From the NCBI GenBank assembly GCA_041496385.1, contig JBGQEL010000040.1, positions 1 to 34,193 of the forward strand: a DNA stretch of 34,193 nucleotides, written 5' to 3'. This document shows positions 1-9,202 of this stretch, one piece after another. This DNA comes from Candidatus Methylomirabilia bacterium. GTDB taxonomy: Bacteria; Methylomirabilota; Methylomirabilia; Rokubacteriales; CSP1-6. A model generated the notes under the pieces. The model saw only the letters and a program-made list of their open reading frames with translations, ran no database searches and had not been told where the DNA came from. The position numbers and the translations under genes are program-made. Within the stretch, counting starts at the first letter, position 1, and the number at the start of each line of letters is the position of its first letter.

Positions 1-855
1 ACGAACGCCGTGCTGCACCTCCTGGCGGTGGCGCGCGAGGCGGGCGTCAAGCTGACGATCGACGAATTCGACAAGATCTCGCGGAAGACGCCGCTGCTGG
101 CGGACCTCAAGCCCTGGGGCACCTACACGGCGCCCGAGATGTACGAGGCGGGCGGCATGGCCGTCGTCGCCAAGCGGCTCCTCGAGGCCGGGCTCCTGCA
201 CGAGAAGGAGATGACGGTCACGGGCAAGACGATCGGCGACGAGGCGCGCGCGGCGCGTGAGACGCCCGGTCAGAAGGTCGTGCGCCCGCTGTCGAACCCG
301 CTCAAGGGGTACGGCGGCCTCGTCATCCTGCGCGGCAACCTCGCGCCGGAGGGCTGCGTGGCGAAGGTTTCGGGGCAGAAGAAGGATCTGCACCGAGGAC
401 CGGCGCGCGTCTTCGACCGGGAGGAGGACGCCTTCCAGGCGGTCAAGGCCGGCAAGATCAAGGCGAACGACGTCATCGTCATCCGCTGGGAAGGGCCCAA
501 GGGCGGCCCGGGCATGCGCGAGATGCTCCACGTCACGGGCGCCATCCAGGGTGCCGGGCTCGGCGACAAGGTCGCGCTGATGACCGACGGCCGCTTCTCG
601 GGCGCGACGCACGGCTTCATGATCGGCCACATCGCGCCGGAGGCCGCCGACGGGGGCGCCATCGCCGCCCTGAAGACCGGCGACACGATCGTCATCGACA
701 TCAAGAAGCGGCGGCTCGACGTCCTGCTGTCCGCGGCCGAGCTCAAGAAGCGGCTGCGCGCGGTGAAGCGCCCGAAGCCGCGCTACACCTCGGGCGCCCT
801 CGCGAAGTATGCGCGGCTCGTCTCGTCCGCCTCCGACGGGGCCGTGACGGGTTGA
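1..855 (+). CDS. ilvD: Dihydroxy-acid dehydratase, 5'-truncated by the window edge
   Basis: Frame is open from base 1 (TNAVLHLLA). Contains the IlvD/Edd motifs [40 protein letters not shown] and the C-terminal [13 protein letters not shown]. Confidence 0.93.
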   Translation, partial: TNAVLHLLAVAREAGVKLTIDEFDKISRKTPLLADLKPWGTYTAPEMYEAGGMAVVAKRLLEAGLLHEKEMTVTGKTIGDEARAARETPGQKVVRPLSNPLKGYGGLVILRGNLAPEGCVAKVSGQKKDLHRGPARVFDREEDAFQAVKAGKIKANDVIVIRWEGPKGGPGMREMLHVTGAIQGAGLGDKVALMTDGRFSGATHGFMIGHIAPEAADGGAIAALKTGDTIVIDIKKRRLDVLLSAAELKKRLRAVKRPKPRYTSGALAKYARLVSSASDGAVTG

Positions 856-1541
856 GCTCCGAGCGTCGGGCGCCCGGGCCCGGCGAGGGCGCCGCGTCTC
901 CCCAGCCGGGCGACGGTGTGAGCCCGGCGTTCCTGGCGCTGCTCGAGTCGGAGCCGCTCGGCGAGTTGATGGTGCTGGACGTAGGCACCGGCGCGGGACG
1001 ACTCGCGCTCGCGTTGGCGCCACGCTGCCGGGCGGTCGTGGGCGTGGACCGCGACGCGCGTCTGATCGACGAGGCGCGCCGAGCCGCCGCGGCCGCCGGG
1101 CTCTCGAACGCGCGCTTCGTCGTCGGCGACGTCGAGGTCGAGGAGTACGCGCCCTTCAAGCCCGAGATGGTCACCGCCCACCTCTGCATGTCGGAGGCGA
1201 TCGCCGAGCGCGCCGGGCGCGTGCTGGCGCCTGGCCGGGTCTTCGCCTTCGTCGCCCTGCACTCAGACCAGTGGAAGGAGACCGGCCGGCCCTCGCGGTT
1301 CGCCCTCGGCGAGGTGGGCACCAGGCGCCTGCTCAAGAAGCGCGGCTTCGCCGTCGAGCACTGCGCCGTCGAGCGCGAGGTGCAGCAGTTCGCGACGGTG
1401 GAGCAGGGGCTCGCGGCGGCCGTCGCGCTGCAGGAGAAGTGGAAGCAGGACGGGCGCTGGTTCCGGTATGTGAAATTCCTCGAGGAGGGCGGCCGCACGC
1501 TCACGCGCGCCCACCTGGTCGTGAAGGCGCGAAGGGCGTGA
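852..1541 (+). CDS. Class I SAM-dependent methyltransferase
   Basis: SAM-binding motif [10 protein letters not shown], acidic residue at the end of beta2 (VGVD), FVVGD. The TTG start overlaps the ilvD stop; the true start could be the GTG near 918. Confidence 0.85.
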   Translation: MSSERRAPGPGEGAASPQPGDGVSPAFLALLESEPLGELMVLDVGTGAGRLALALAPRCRAVVGVDRDARLIDEARRAAAAAGLSNARFVVGDVEVEEYAPFKPEMVTAHLCMSEAIAERAGRVLAPGRVFAFVALHSDQWKETGRPSRFALGEVGTRRLLKKRGFAVEHCAVEREVQQFATVEQGLAAAVALQEKWKQDGRWFRYVKFLEEGGRTLTRAHLVVKARRA

Positions 1542-2578
1542 GGCTGCTCGGGCTCGCCCTGAGCGGGGCCGTGAAGGAGCGGGCGCGGGAGCTCGGGTTC
1601 GATCGCGTGGCGATCGGCCCCGCGGGCCCGCCCGGGCGCGGCGACGCGTTCGAGCGCTGGCTCGACGCCGGCTACGCGGGGACGATGGACTACCTCGCGG
1701 AGGGCCGCGCCGACCGCCTCGACCCCGAGCGCCTGCTGTCCGGCTGCCGCTCGGTGATCGCGGTGGCCCTGTCCTACGCGCGCGAGGGCGACGAGCCCGG
1801 CTGGCAGGGCGTGGCGCGCTACGCCCGGGGCCACGACTATCACGAGCTGATGCGGCCACGGCTCAAGGCGCTCGGCGAGTTCGTGGGGACCGCCGCCGGC
1901 GCCGGCGCGCGCTGCCGCGTCGCCGTGGACACGAGCGCGCTCCTCGAGCGCGACGTCGCGGCGCGGGCGGGGCTCGGCTGGGTCGGGAAGAACACCAACC
2001 TCCTGTCGTCGTCGCTCGGCTCCTACTTCTTCATCGGGACCGTGTTGACGACGGCCGTGCTCGAGCCCGACGGGCGGGAGCCCGACCGGTGTGGCACCTG
2101 TACCGCGTGCCTCGACGCCTGCCCGACGCGCGCGTTCGTGGCGCCCTACGTGCTCGACGCCAGGCGCTGCATCGCCTACCTGACGATCGAGCACCGCGGC
2201 GATATCCCTGCCGAGCTGCGCGAGGGGATCGGGCAATGGCTCTTCGGCTGCGACGTCTGCCAGGAGGTCTGCCCCTGGAACCGCAAGGCGCCTCCCGGGC
2301 GCGACCCCGCGCTCGCCCCGGCGGGCCCGCTCGGCGCGCTCGAGGACCTGCTGGCGCTCGACGCCGAGGCCTTCAGGGCCCGCTTCAGGCACACGCCGTT
2401 CTGGCGTGCGAAGCGCGCGGGGCTCCTCCGGAACGCGGCGATCGCGCTCGGCAACCGCGGCGACGCGCGCGCCGTGGCAGCACTCGAGCGCGCGCTCTCG
2501 GACGAGGAGGAGACGGTGCGGGGCGCCGCCGCCTGGGCGCTCGAGCGGGTCCACGCGGGGCGGGAGACGGGCGGGTGA
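1538..2578 (+). CDS. queG: tRNA epoxyqueuosine(34) reductase
   Basis: ARYARGHDYH, VDTSALLER, GLGWVGKNT, Fe-S motifs CGTCTACLDACPT and GCDVCQEVCPWN, RCIAYLTIE, C-terminal HEAT repeats. GTG at 1538 overlaps the upstream TGA (GTGA). Confidence 0.95.
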   Translation: MRLLGLALSGAVKERARELGFDRVAIGPAGPPGRGDAFERWLDAGYAGTMDYLAEGRADRLDPERLLSGCRSVIAVALSYAREGDEPGWQGVARYARGHDYHELMRPRLKALGEFVGTAAGAGARCRVAVDTSALLERDVAARAGLGWVGKNTNLLSSSLGSYFFIGTVLTTAVLEPDGREPDRCGTCTACLDACPTRAFVAPYVLDARRCIAYLTIEHRGDIPAELREGIGQWLFGCDVCQEVCPWNRKAPPGRDPALAPAGPLGALEDLLALDAEAFRARFRHTPFWRAKRAGLLRNAAIALGNRGDARAVAALERALSDEEETVRGAAAWALERVHAGRETGG

Positions 2579-2955
2579 GGGTCACGCGGCTCGACCACTT
2601 CGGCGTGGACGTCGCCGATCTGTCGCGCGCGGAGCACTTCTACACGGAGGTGCTCGGGATGACCGTGCAGATGCGACTGACGGACCAGGTGCTCTTGAGC
2701 TACGGCGCCGGCAACTGCGCGCTCTTCCACAAGCCCGGGCGCGCGCCCGGAAGCGCCGAGCAGGTGCGGAGCCCGCTTGGCAAGTCGCACCACGCCTTCG
2801 AGGTGCCCCATGCCGACCTCGCCGTCGCGCGTGCTCTGTTCAGCGAGCGGGGCGTGCCATTCCACGAGCCGATCGACTGGGGCGACCACGACTGCGTCTA
2901 CTTTCTCGACCCCGACGGTAACCTCCTGGAACTCGTCGGCTACCGCCCGCGTTAG
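2575..2955 (+). CDS. VOC/glyoxalase family protein
   Basis: MRVTRLDHFGVDVADL...FYTEVLG, HHAFEV, YFLDPDGNLLEL. GTG at 2575 overlaps the queG stop. Confidence 0.9.
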   Translation: MRVTRLDHFGVDVADLSRAEHFYTEVLGMTVQMRLTDQVLLSYGAGNCALFHKPGRAPGSAEQVRSPLGKSHHAFEVPHADLAVARALFSERGVPFHEPIDWGDHDCVYFLDPDGNLLELVGYRPR

Positions 2956-2963
2956 CGGGGGCG

Positions 2964-3881
2964 ACGACGGATCCCCGCTCGCTCGCGGACGCGGCGGCAG
3001 CGCAGGAATCCGACGCGGCCGATCACGATCGTCGTGCCGTTCCCGCCCGGCGGCATCGCCGACCTCAGCGCGCGGCCGCTGGCGCCCGCGCTGGAGCGCG
3101 TGCTCAAGCAGCCGGTCGTCGTCTCGAACAAGGCCGGCGCGGCGGGCGCGGTCGGGATGCAGTCGGCCGCGATCGCCAAGCCCGACGGCTACACGCTGCT
3201 GCTGGCGCTCGTCAGCATCTCGACCATCCCGGAGGTCGATGCCCTCTTCGGCAGGGCGCCGGCCTACAGCCGCGACCAGTTCGTCGGCATCGCGCGGCTC
3301 AGCGCCGACCCGCCCCTCCTGGTCGTCGGCGCCGAGACGCCCTGGAAGAGCCTGAAGGACTTCGTGGACGACGCCCGTCGGCGGCCGGGCGAGATCACGT
3401 ACGCGTCGTCCGGTCTGTACGGCGCCTCGCACGTGCCGATGGAGATGCTCCTCAGCGCCGCCGGCGGACTGCGGATGCGCCATCTGCCGACCACGGGCGG
3501 CGCGCCCGCGATGACGGCCCTCCTCGGCGGCCACGCCACCGCCTGGGCGTCGCCGCCGGCGCTCGCGCTGCCGCATCTGAAATCGGGCAAGCTCCGCGCG
3601 CTGGCGACCTGGGGCGGGGCGCGGCTGGCGGCGTTTCCCGAGGTGCCGACGCTGAAGGAGCTGGACTCTTCGCGCCGAAGGGCATGCCGCCCCACGTGTG
3701 GAACGCCCTGCGCGCGGCGACGCGGCAGGCGGTGCAGGATTCCGAGTTCAGGACCGCGATGAGCAGGATCGAGACGCCGATCGCCTACCAGGACGCCGAC
3801 GAGTTCAAGGCGTGGTGGGACCACGACGCGCGCATTCTCGCGGACGTCATCAAGCGCATCGGCCGCGTCGAGGGCAAGTAG
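2964..3881 (+). pseudogene. Disrupted TTT substrate-binding protein (TctC/Bug family)
   Basis: Paralogous to the intact copy at 6627-7607 (PTRPITIVVPFPPGG, NKAGAAGAVG, DGYTLLL). No canonical start or hydrophobic signal core. Frameshift at about 3009 (AAAQE+t+PTRP). Frameshifting deletion at about 3662 (LKEL joined to GLFAPKG in another frame). Confidence 0.8.
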
Positions 3882-4641
3882 TGCGGATCGACGTCCACAC
3901 GCACATCGTGCCGCCCGGCTGGGAGGACTGGGCGGCGAAGTACGGCGGCGGGCGCTGGCCGCGTCTGGTCCAGAGGGACGCCTGCCGCGCGACCATCATG
4001 ACGGGCGACCAGTTCTTCCGCGACGTGGACGACCGCTCCTGGAGCCCCGCGCGGCGCCGCGAGGATATGGACCGGCTCGGCGTGGACCGGCAGGTGCTCT
4101 CGCCGCCGCCCGTCATGTTCTGCTACTGGGCCGACGCCAAGGCCGCCCGCGCCTTCTGCCGCCTGCAGAACGAGAACGTCGCGGCCATAGCGGCCGCCGA
4201 CCCGGCGCGCTTCGCCGGGATGGCGACGGTGCCGCTCCAGGACCCGGGGCTCGCGATCGAGGAGCTGCGCCAGGCGCGCGAGCGCCTCGGGCTCCGCGCG
4301 GTGGAGATCGGGACCTGGAGCGCCTGCCGGACCTCCGGATCTGCTTCGCCCACGGGGGCGGCGCGTTCCCGTTCACGCTGGCGCGGCTCGACCACGGCTG
4401 GTCGGTGCGCCCGGAGGGGCCGGCCGCGATCCCCAGGCGTCCGCTCGAGTACGCCCGGCTCGTTTGGTTCGACTCGCTCACGCTCTCGAGCGCGAACCTG
4501 CGCTTCATCGTCCAGGAGCTCGGCGGTGCGCGCGTCCTGATGGGCAGCGACTACCCGGTCGGGTTCCTCGCCGGCGCGGGCCTCGACGACGCCACGCGGG
4601 CGGCGATCGAGGGTGGCAACGCGGCGCGCTTCCTGGGCTAG
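3881..4641 (+). pseudogene. Disrupted ACMSD-like amidohydrolase (Amidohydro_2)
   Basis: VRIDVHTH, PVMFCYW, VPLQD and VEIGT are in one frame. LERLPDLRICFAHGGG, GSDYP and GGNAARFLG* are in another frame. The junction at about 4315 lacks the central segment. Confidence 0.8.
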
Positions 4642-4654
4642 AATCACGCCGGGC

Positions 4655-5098
4655 ATGCTCACGACCGACCGCGTCGCCGGCGGCGCCCTCGCGCTCCTGG
4701 CACTCTACACGCTCTGGGAGAGCCGGCGGCTTCCGCTCGGGAGCCTGCGCCATCCGGGGCCGGCCTACATGCCCGTCGTGCTGGCGCTCGCGCTCCTCGT
4801 CTTCGGCGTGCTCCTCGTGCTCGCCGGGCGCCGCGCGCCCGCGCTCGCCGGCGTCGGCTTCCCGGAGTGGCGGCACGCGGTCGCCATCTTCGCGGCGTGC
4901 GCCTTCGCGGCGCTGGCGCTCGAGCGCCTCGGCTACCGCGTGAGCGTCGCGCTCGTCCTGGCCTTCCTCCTGGGGGTCGTGGAGCGGAAGGGGCTCGTCT
5001 TCGTCGTGACGTTCTCGCTGGCGCTCTCGCTGGCGTCGTTCCTGCTGTTCGACACGCTCCTTCGGGTGCCGCTGCCGCGCGGGCCCTTCGGGCTCTGA
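4655..5098 (+). CDS. tctB: Tripartite tricarboxylate transporter TctB family small membrane subunit
   Basis: Four hydrophobic segments, PGPAYMP, ERLGY, C-terminal LRVPLPRGP. Directly precedes tctA. Confidence 0.88.
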   Translation: MLTTDRVAGGALALLALYTLWESRRLPLGSLRHPGPAYMPVVLALALLVFGVLLVLAGRRAPALAGVGFPEWRHAVAIFAACAFAALALERLGYRVSVALVLAFLLGVVERKGLVFVVTFSLALSLASFLLFDTLLRVPLPRGPFGL

Positions 5099-6630
5099 TG
5101 GCCGAGACCCTCCACAACCTGGCGCTCGGCTTCGGGGTCGCGCTCTCGCCGCCGGTGCTCCTCTACGCGTTCGTCGGCTGCGTCGTCGGGACCCTGGTCG
5201 GCGTGCTCCCGGGCGTCGGCCCGCTCGCCGGCATCAGCCTGCTCCTGCCGGCGACGTTCGGCCTGGATGCCACCAAGGCGATCGTCATGCTCGCCGGCAT
5301 CTACTACGGCGCGATGTACGGCGGCTCGACGACCTCGATCCTGATGCGGATCCCCGGCGAGGCCGCCTCCGTGATGACCTGCATCGACGGCTACGCGATG
5401 GCGCGGAAGGGGCGGGCCGGCGCCGCGCTCGCGATCGCCGCCGTCGGCTCCTACGTGGCCGGCACGGTGAGCGTGATCGCGCTCATGCTCCTGGCGCCGC
5501 CGCTCGCGTCCTTCGCGCTCCGCTTCGGCCCGCCCGAATACTTCGCGCTCCTGGCGCTGGGCCTCCTCGTCCTCGCGTACATGAGCAGCGGCTCGATGCT
5601 GAAGGCCCTCGCCATGGCGGCGCTCGGCCTCCTGCTGGGGATGATCGGCATCGACCAGATGACGGGGTATTTCCGCTTCTCGTACGGCATCGTCGAGCTG
5701 GGCGACGGGATCGGCGTCGTGCCCGTCGCGGTCGGGCTCTTCGGCCTCGCCGAGATCCTGGCCACCGCCGGCCAGCCGACGCCGCCCGAGGTCGCCAAGC
5801 CGAAACTCCGCGAGCTGCTGCCGTCGCGCCAGGAGTGGCGGGACTCGGCGTGGCCGATCGGGCGCGGCACCGTGCTGGGCTTCCTGATCGGGATCGTGCC
5901 GGGCTCGGCGCACATCATCTCCAGCTTCGTCTCGTACGCCGTCGAGCGGAAGCTCGCGAAGCACCCCGAGGAGTTCGGCCACGGCGCGGTCGCGGGCGTC
6001 GCGGGCCCGGAGTCGGCGAACAACTCCGCGACCTCCGGCGCGTTCGTGCCGATGCTGGCGCTGGGCGTGCCCTCGGGGCCGATTCCCGCCGTCATGCTCG
6101 CCGCGATGATGGTCCACGGCGTCTCCCCGGGGCCGCTCCTCATCACGCAGCAGCCCGAGCTGTTCTGGGGGTTCATCGCCTCGATGTACGTCGGCAACGT
6201 CGTGCTCCTGGTCCTGAACCTGCCGCTGGTCGGGGTCTTCGTGAACCTGCTGCGGGTCCCGTACCCGATCCTCTATCCGTCGATCCTCGTGTTCTGCATC
6301 CTCGGCGTCTACGCCGTCAACTCGAGCGTCGTGGACGTCTGGATCATGCTCGCCATGGGCGGCCTCGGCTACGTGCTGCGGAAGCTCGACTTCGAGACGG
6401 CCCCGATCGTGCTCGGCGTGATCCTGGCGCCGATGCTCGAGATGGCGCTCCGGCAGTCGCTCGCGATGTCGGACGGCCGCTACGCGATCTTCTTCGCGCG
6501 CCCGATCTCGGCGACGCTGCTCGTGGGCGGCCTGGCGCTTGTCCTGCTGAGCCTGCGGCCGCTCCTCACGCGCACGCTCGACTGGCGCGCGAAGCTGGCG
6601 CTCGCCGAAAAAGGGGAGGACCATCCATGA
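5098..6630 (+). CDS. tctA: Tripartite tricarboxylate transporter TctA permease
   Basis: GTLVGVLPGVG, IYYGAMYGGS, IPGE...DGY, GPESANN, LALGVP. TGATG overlap with tctB. Confidence 0.95.
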   Translation: MAETLHNLALGFGVALSPPVLLYAFVGCVVGTLVGVLPGVGPLAGISLLLPATFGLDATKAIVMLAGIYYGAMYGGSTTSILMRIPGEAASVMTCIDGYAMARKGRAGAALAIAAVGSYVAGTVSVIALMLLAPPLASFALRFGPPEYFALLALGLLVLAYMSSGSMLKALAMAALGLLLGMIGIDQMTGYFRFSYGIVELGDGIGVVPVAVGLFGLAEILATAGQPTPPEVAKPKLRELLPSRQEWRDSAWPIGRGTVLGFLIGIVPGSAHIISSFVSYAVERKLAKHPEEFGHGAVAGVAGPESANNSATSGAFVPMLALGVPSGPIPAVMLAAMMVHGVSPGPLLITQQPELFWGFIASMYVGNVVLLVLNLPLVGVFVNLLRVPYPILYPSILVFCILGVYAVNSSVVDVWIMLAMGGLGYVLRKLDFETAPIVLGVILAPMLEMALRQSLAMSDGRYAIFFARPISATLLVGGLALVLLSLRPLLTRTLDWRAKLALAEKGEDHP

Positions 6631-7607
6631 CGCCGACGCGCATCGCCGCGCTCGCCCTGTCGATCCTGCTCGCCGCGGCCGCCGCCCCTGCGCAGGAGCC
6701 GTACCCGACGCGCCCGATCACGATCGTCGCGCCGTTCCCGCCGGGCGGCGTCGCCGACCTGACGGCGCGCCCGGTGGCCGCCGCGCTGGAGAAGGTGCTG
6801 AAGAACCCGGTCGGCGTCGTGAACAAGACCGGCGCGGCCGGCGCGGTCGGGATGCAGTTCGTGGCCACGAGCCGCGCCGACGGCTACACGCTCCTGCTGG
6901 CGCTCTCGTCAATCTCGATCATCCCGGAGGCCGACAAGCTCTTCGGACGGCCGCCCGCGTTCACCGTGGACCAGTTCGCGCCGATCGCGCTGATCTCGGC
7001 CGACCCGACCGTGCTCGTCGTCCCGGCGGACAAGCCCTGGAAGACCGCCAGGGAGTTCATCGAGGAGGCCAGGCGCCGGCCCGGCCAGATCTCCTTCAGC
7101 TCGTCCGGCGTCTACGGGACGCTCCACATGGCCATGGAGCTTCTCTCGAGCGCCGCGGGGATCACGCTCCGCCACGTCCCCTACGGGGGCGCGGGTCCAG
7201 CGCTCACGGCGATCCTGGGCGGCCACGTCGACGCGCTCGCCTCGGGCCCCGCGGTCGTGCTGCCGCACATCAAGTCGGGGAAGCTCCGAGTGCTGGCCGG
7301 CTGGGGCGACAAGCGCGTCGCCGCGCTGTCGGAGGTTCCGACGTTCAAGGAGCTCGGCTACGGGGAGGCCGAGTTCTACATCTGGGCGGGTCTCTTCGCG
7401 CCGAAGGGGACGCCCGAGCCCGTCCTGGCGAAGCTGCGGGATGCGACGCGGGCGGCCGTGGGAGAGACCGAGTTCCGGACGGCGATGGACAAGCTCGAGA
7501 CGCCGATCGTCTTCAAGCAGGGGGAGGAGTTTCGCCTGTTCTTCGAGGCCGACGCCCGCCGCCTCGCCGAGGGTGTGCGCAAGGTCGGCCGGGTCGATAC
7601 CAAGTAG
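6627..7607 (+). CDS. tctC: Tripartite tricarboxylate transporter substrate-binding protein (TctC/Bug)
   Basis: SD GGAGG, signal peptide, YPTRPITIVAPFPPGG, DGYTLLL, HVPYGGAGPA, VPTFKELG, WAGLFAPKGTP. Confidence 0.93.
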   Translation: MTPTRIAALALSILLAAAAAPAQEPYPTRPITIVAPFPPGGVADLTARPVAAALEKVLKNPVGVVNKTGAAGAVGMQFVATSRADGYTLLLALSSISIIPEADKLFGRPPAFTVDQFAPIALISADPTVLVVPADKPWKTAREFIEEARRRPGQISFSSSGVYGTLHMAMELLSSAAGITLRHVPYGGAGPALTAILGGHVDALASGPAVVLPHIKSGKLRVLAGWGDKRVAALSEVPTFKELGYGEAEFYIWAGLFAPKGTPEPVLAKLRDATRAAVGETEFRTAMDKLETPIVFKQGEEFRLFFEADARRLAEGVRKVGRVDTK

Positions 7608-7613
7608 GCCGCG

Positions 7614-7622
7614 TGTTAAAAT
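7614..7622 (+). promoter_or_regulatory. Putative extended -10 promoter (TGtTAAAAT) for def
   Basis: AT-rich hexamer TAAAAT at 7617-7622 preceded by TGn, 10 nt before the ATG. No SD. Confidence 0.5.
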
Positions 7623-7632
7623 CGGCCGAATC

Positions 7633-8181
7633 ATGGCGATCCTGAAAGTCGCGCGTCTGGGGCACCCGGTGCTCCGCCAGCCCGCCCGGCCCCTGGCCCC
7701 GGAGCTGATCCGGTCTGCGGAGATCCAGCGGCTCATCGACGACATGATCGAGACGATGCGCGAGTACGACGGCGCGGGCCTGGCCGCGAACCAGGTGCAC
7801 ACGCCGCTGCAGATCGCCGTCATCGAGGTGCTCGGGAACCCGCGCTACCCCGACGCGCCGGAGGTACCGCTCACGGTGCTGGTCAACCCCGTCGTCACGC
7901 CGCTCGGCGAGGAGCTGGAGGAGGGCTGGGAAGGCTGCCTCTCCGTACCGGAGATGCGCGGCATGGTGCCGCGGCACACGGCGGTGCGGCTCCAGTGCTT
8001 CGACCGCGACGGACAGTCGGTGGACCTCGACGCCAAGGACTTTTTCGCGCGCGTGATCCAGCACGAGACCGATCACCTGAACGGCATCGTCTACCTCGAC
8101 CGGATGCGCGATCTCTCGACCCTCAGCCACATCGCCGAGTGGAACAAGCACTGGCTCGGCATCCGAGAGCAGAACGACTAG
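7633..8181 (+). CDS. def: Peptide deformylase
   Basis: All three PDF motifs are present: GAGLAANQV, EGCLS, QHETDHLNG. Confidence 0.96.
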   Translation: MAILKVARLGHPVLRQPARPLAPELIRSAEIQRLIDDMIETMREYDGAGLAANQVHTPLQIAVIEVLGNPRYPDAPEVPLTVLVNPVVTPLGEELEEGWEGCLSVPEMRGMVPRHTAVRLQCFDRDGQSVDLDAKDFFARVIQHETDHLNGIVYLDRMRDLSTLSHIAEWNKHWLGIREQND

Positions 8182-8521
8182 CCCGGTCCTCGCGGTCGTC
8201 CGGGATCTCTTCTTCGTCGCCAGGATCCGAGAGACCGCTCGGCTGGCCGGGGTTCCGCTCGAGTTCGCCCGGACGCACGAGGAGCTGGACGCGGGCCTGG
8301 TACGGGGCGCGCGCTTCGTGCTCCTCGACCTCACCGGCGGCTTCGACTACCCGCGGGTGTTCGAGCTCGCGGAGGCGGCGAGGACGCCCGTCCTGGCCTT
8401 CACGACCCACGCGCTCGCGCGCGAGACACAGCCCTGGCACGCCCGCTGCGAGCGCGTCGTCACCAAGGAAACGCTCACGCAGGAGCTGCCTCGGCTCCTG
8501 ACCGAAGGGATCCGCGCATGA
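8174..8521 (+). CDS. Small CheY/receiver-like protein, start uncertain (ACG at 8174; first canonical GTG at 8318)
   Basis: The frame upstream of the called ORF reads VLAVVRDLFFVARIRETARLAG...ARFVLLDLT...PVLAFTTH...VVTK, matching the receiver beta1/beta3/beta4/beta5 pattern. Its stop overlaps the next ATG (ATGA). Confidence 0.65.
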   Translation, partial: TTSPVLAVVRDLFFVARIRETARLAGVPLEFARTHEELDAGLVRGARFVLLDLTGGFDYPRVFELAEAARTPVLAFTTHALARETQPWHARCERVVTKETLTQELPRLLTEGIRA

Positions 8522-9177
8522 CCGCCGAAGAGTTCGTCCGCCGGCTCGACGACGAGAACCAGCAGCTCCTCTCACGCCTCGCCCCCGACGCCACGCTCAA
8601 GCCCGAGGTCGCGGGCGACCTCACCGTGCTGAACCTCCTCAAGGTCGCGCTGAAGAACGAGCTCGAGGCGACGGAGATCGCGGCGCGCTGGCTCGTCGCC
8701 AGCGACGACGTCGACGTGAAGCTGGCGCTCGCGCGGCAGGTGGGCGACGAGGCCAAGCACTACCGCCTGATCGCCGAGCGCCTGACCGCGCTCGGCTTCG
8801 CGCCCACCACCTTCAACCCGCTCGCCAAGGGCTACGGCCCGCTCTTCCAGTACCTCGACACGCTGGGCACGACCGTCGAGCGCGTGGCCGCCGGCCAGTT
8901 CACTCGCGAGGCGATCGCGGTCGTCAAGAACCGCCAGTTCATCGACTTCTGCGAGCACGCGGGCGACCGCGAGACGGCGACGCTCTACCGCGACGTGATC
9001 GAGCCCGACGAGCGTCACCATCACGAGCTGGGGCGGCGGCTCCTGCTCCGGCTGGCGGCGACGCCGGACGCCCAGGCCGCGGCGCAGCGCGCGGCGCGCC
9101 GCACGCTCGAGCTCGCCGAGGAGCTGCAGCGGTCCGCGCTGGCCACCAGCGGGGTGCACCACGCGCCCGGCTGCTGA
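8518..9177 (+). CDS. Ferritin-like diiron-carboxylate protein
   Basis: Two E...ExxH halves (KNELEA / DEAKH; REAIA / DERHH), helical, C-terminal HHAPGC. Confidence 0.8.
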   Translation: MTAEEFVRRLDDENQQLLSRLAPDATLKPEVAGDLTVLNLLKVALKNELEATEIAARWLVASDDVDVKLALARQVGDEAKHYRLIAERLTALGFAPTTFNPLAKGYGPLFQYLDTLGTTVERVAAGQFTREAIAVVKNRQFIDFCEHAGDRETATLYRDVIEPDERHHHELGRRLLLRLAATPDAQAAAQRAARRTLELAEELQRSALATSGVHHAPGC

Positions 9178-9202
9178 TCCGCTCCGGGAGTTCCGGCAGC
9201 TC

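Noticed and set aside
8614..8643. GDLTVLNL in the ferritin-like protein resembles an encapsulin targeting peptide (LTVGSL)
   Set aside because: The match is poor, it lies at the start of helix 1 rather than in a terminal tail, and no encapsulin gene is in the window.
9169..9200. Ferritin-like gene ends GGC TGC TGA followed by a small hairpin: possible selenocysteine (Gly-Cys-Sec) with SECIS
   Set aside because: The hairpin loop is only about 10 nt from the UGA, closer than typical bacterial SECIS spacing. Readthrough would run as low-complexity shadow sequence over the SirB1-like gene.
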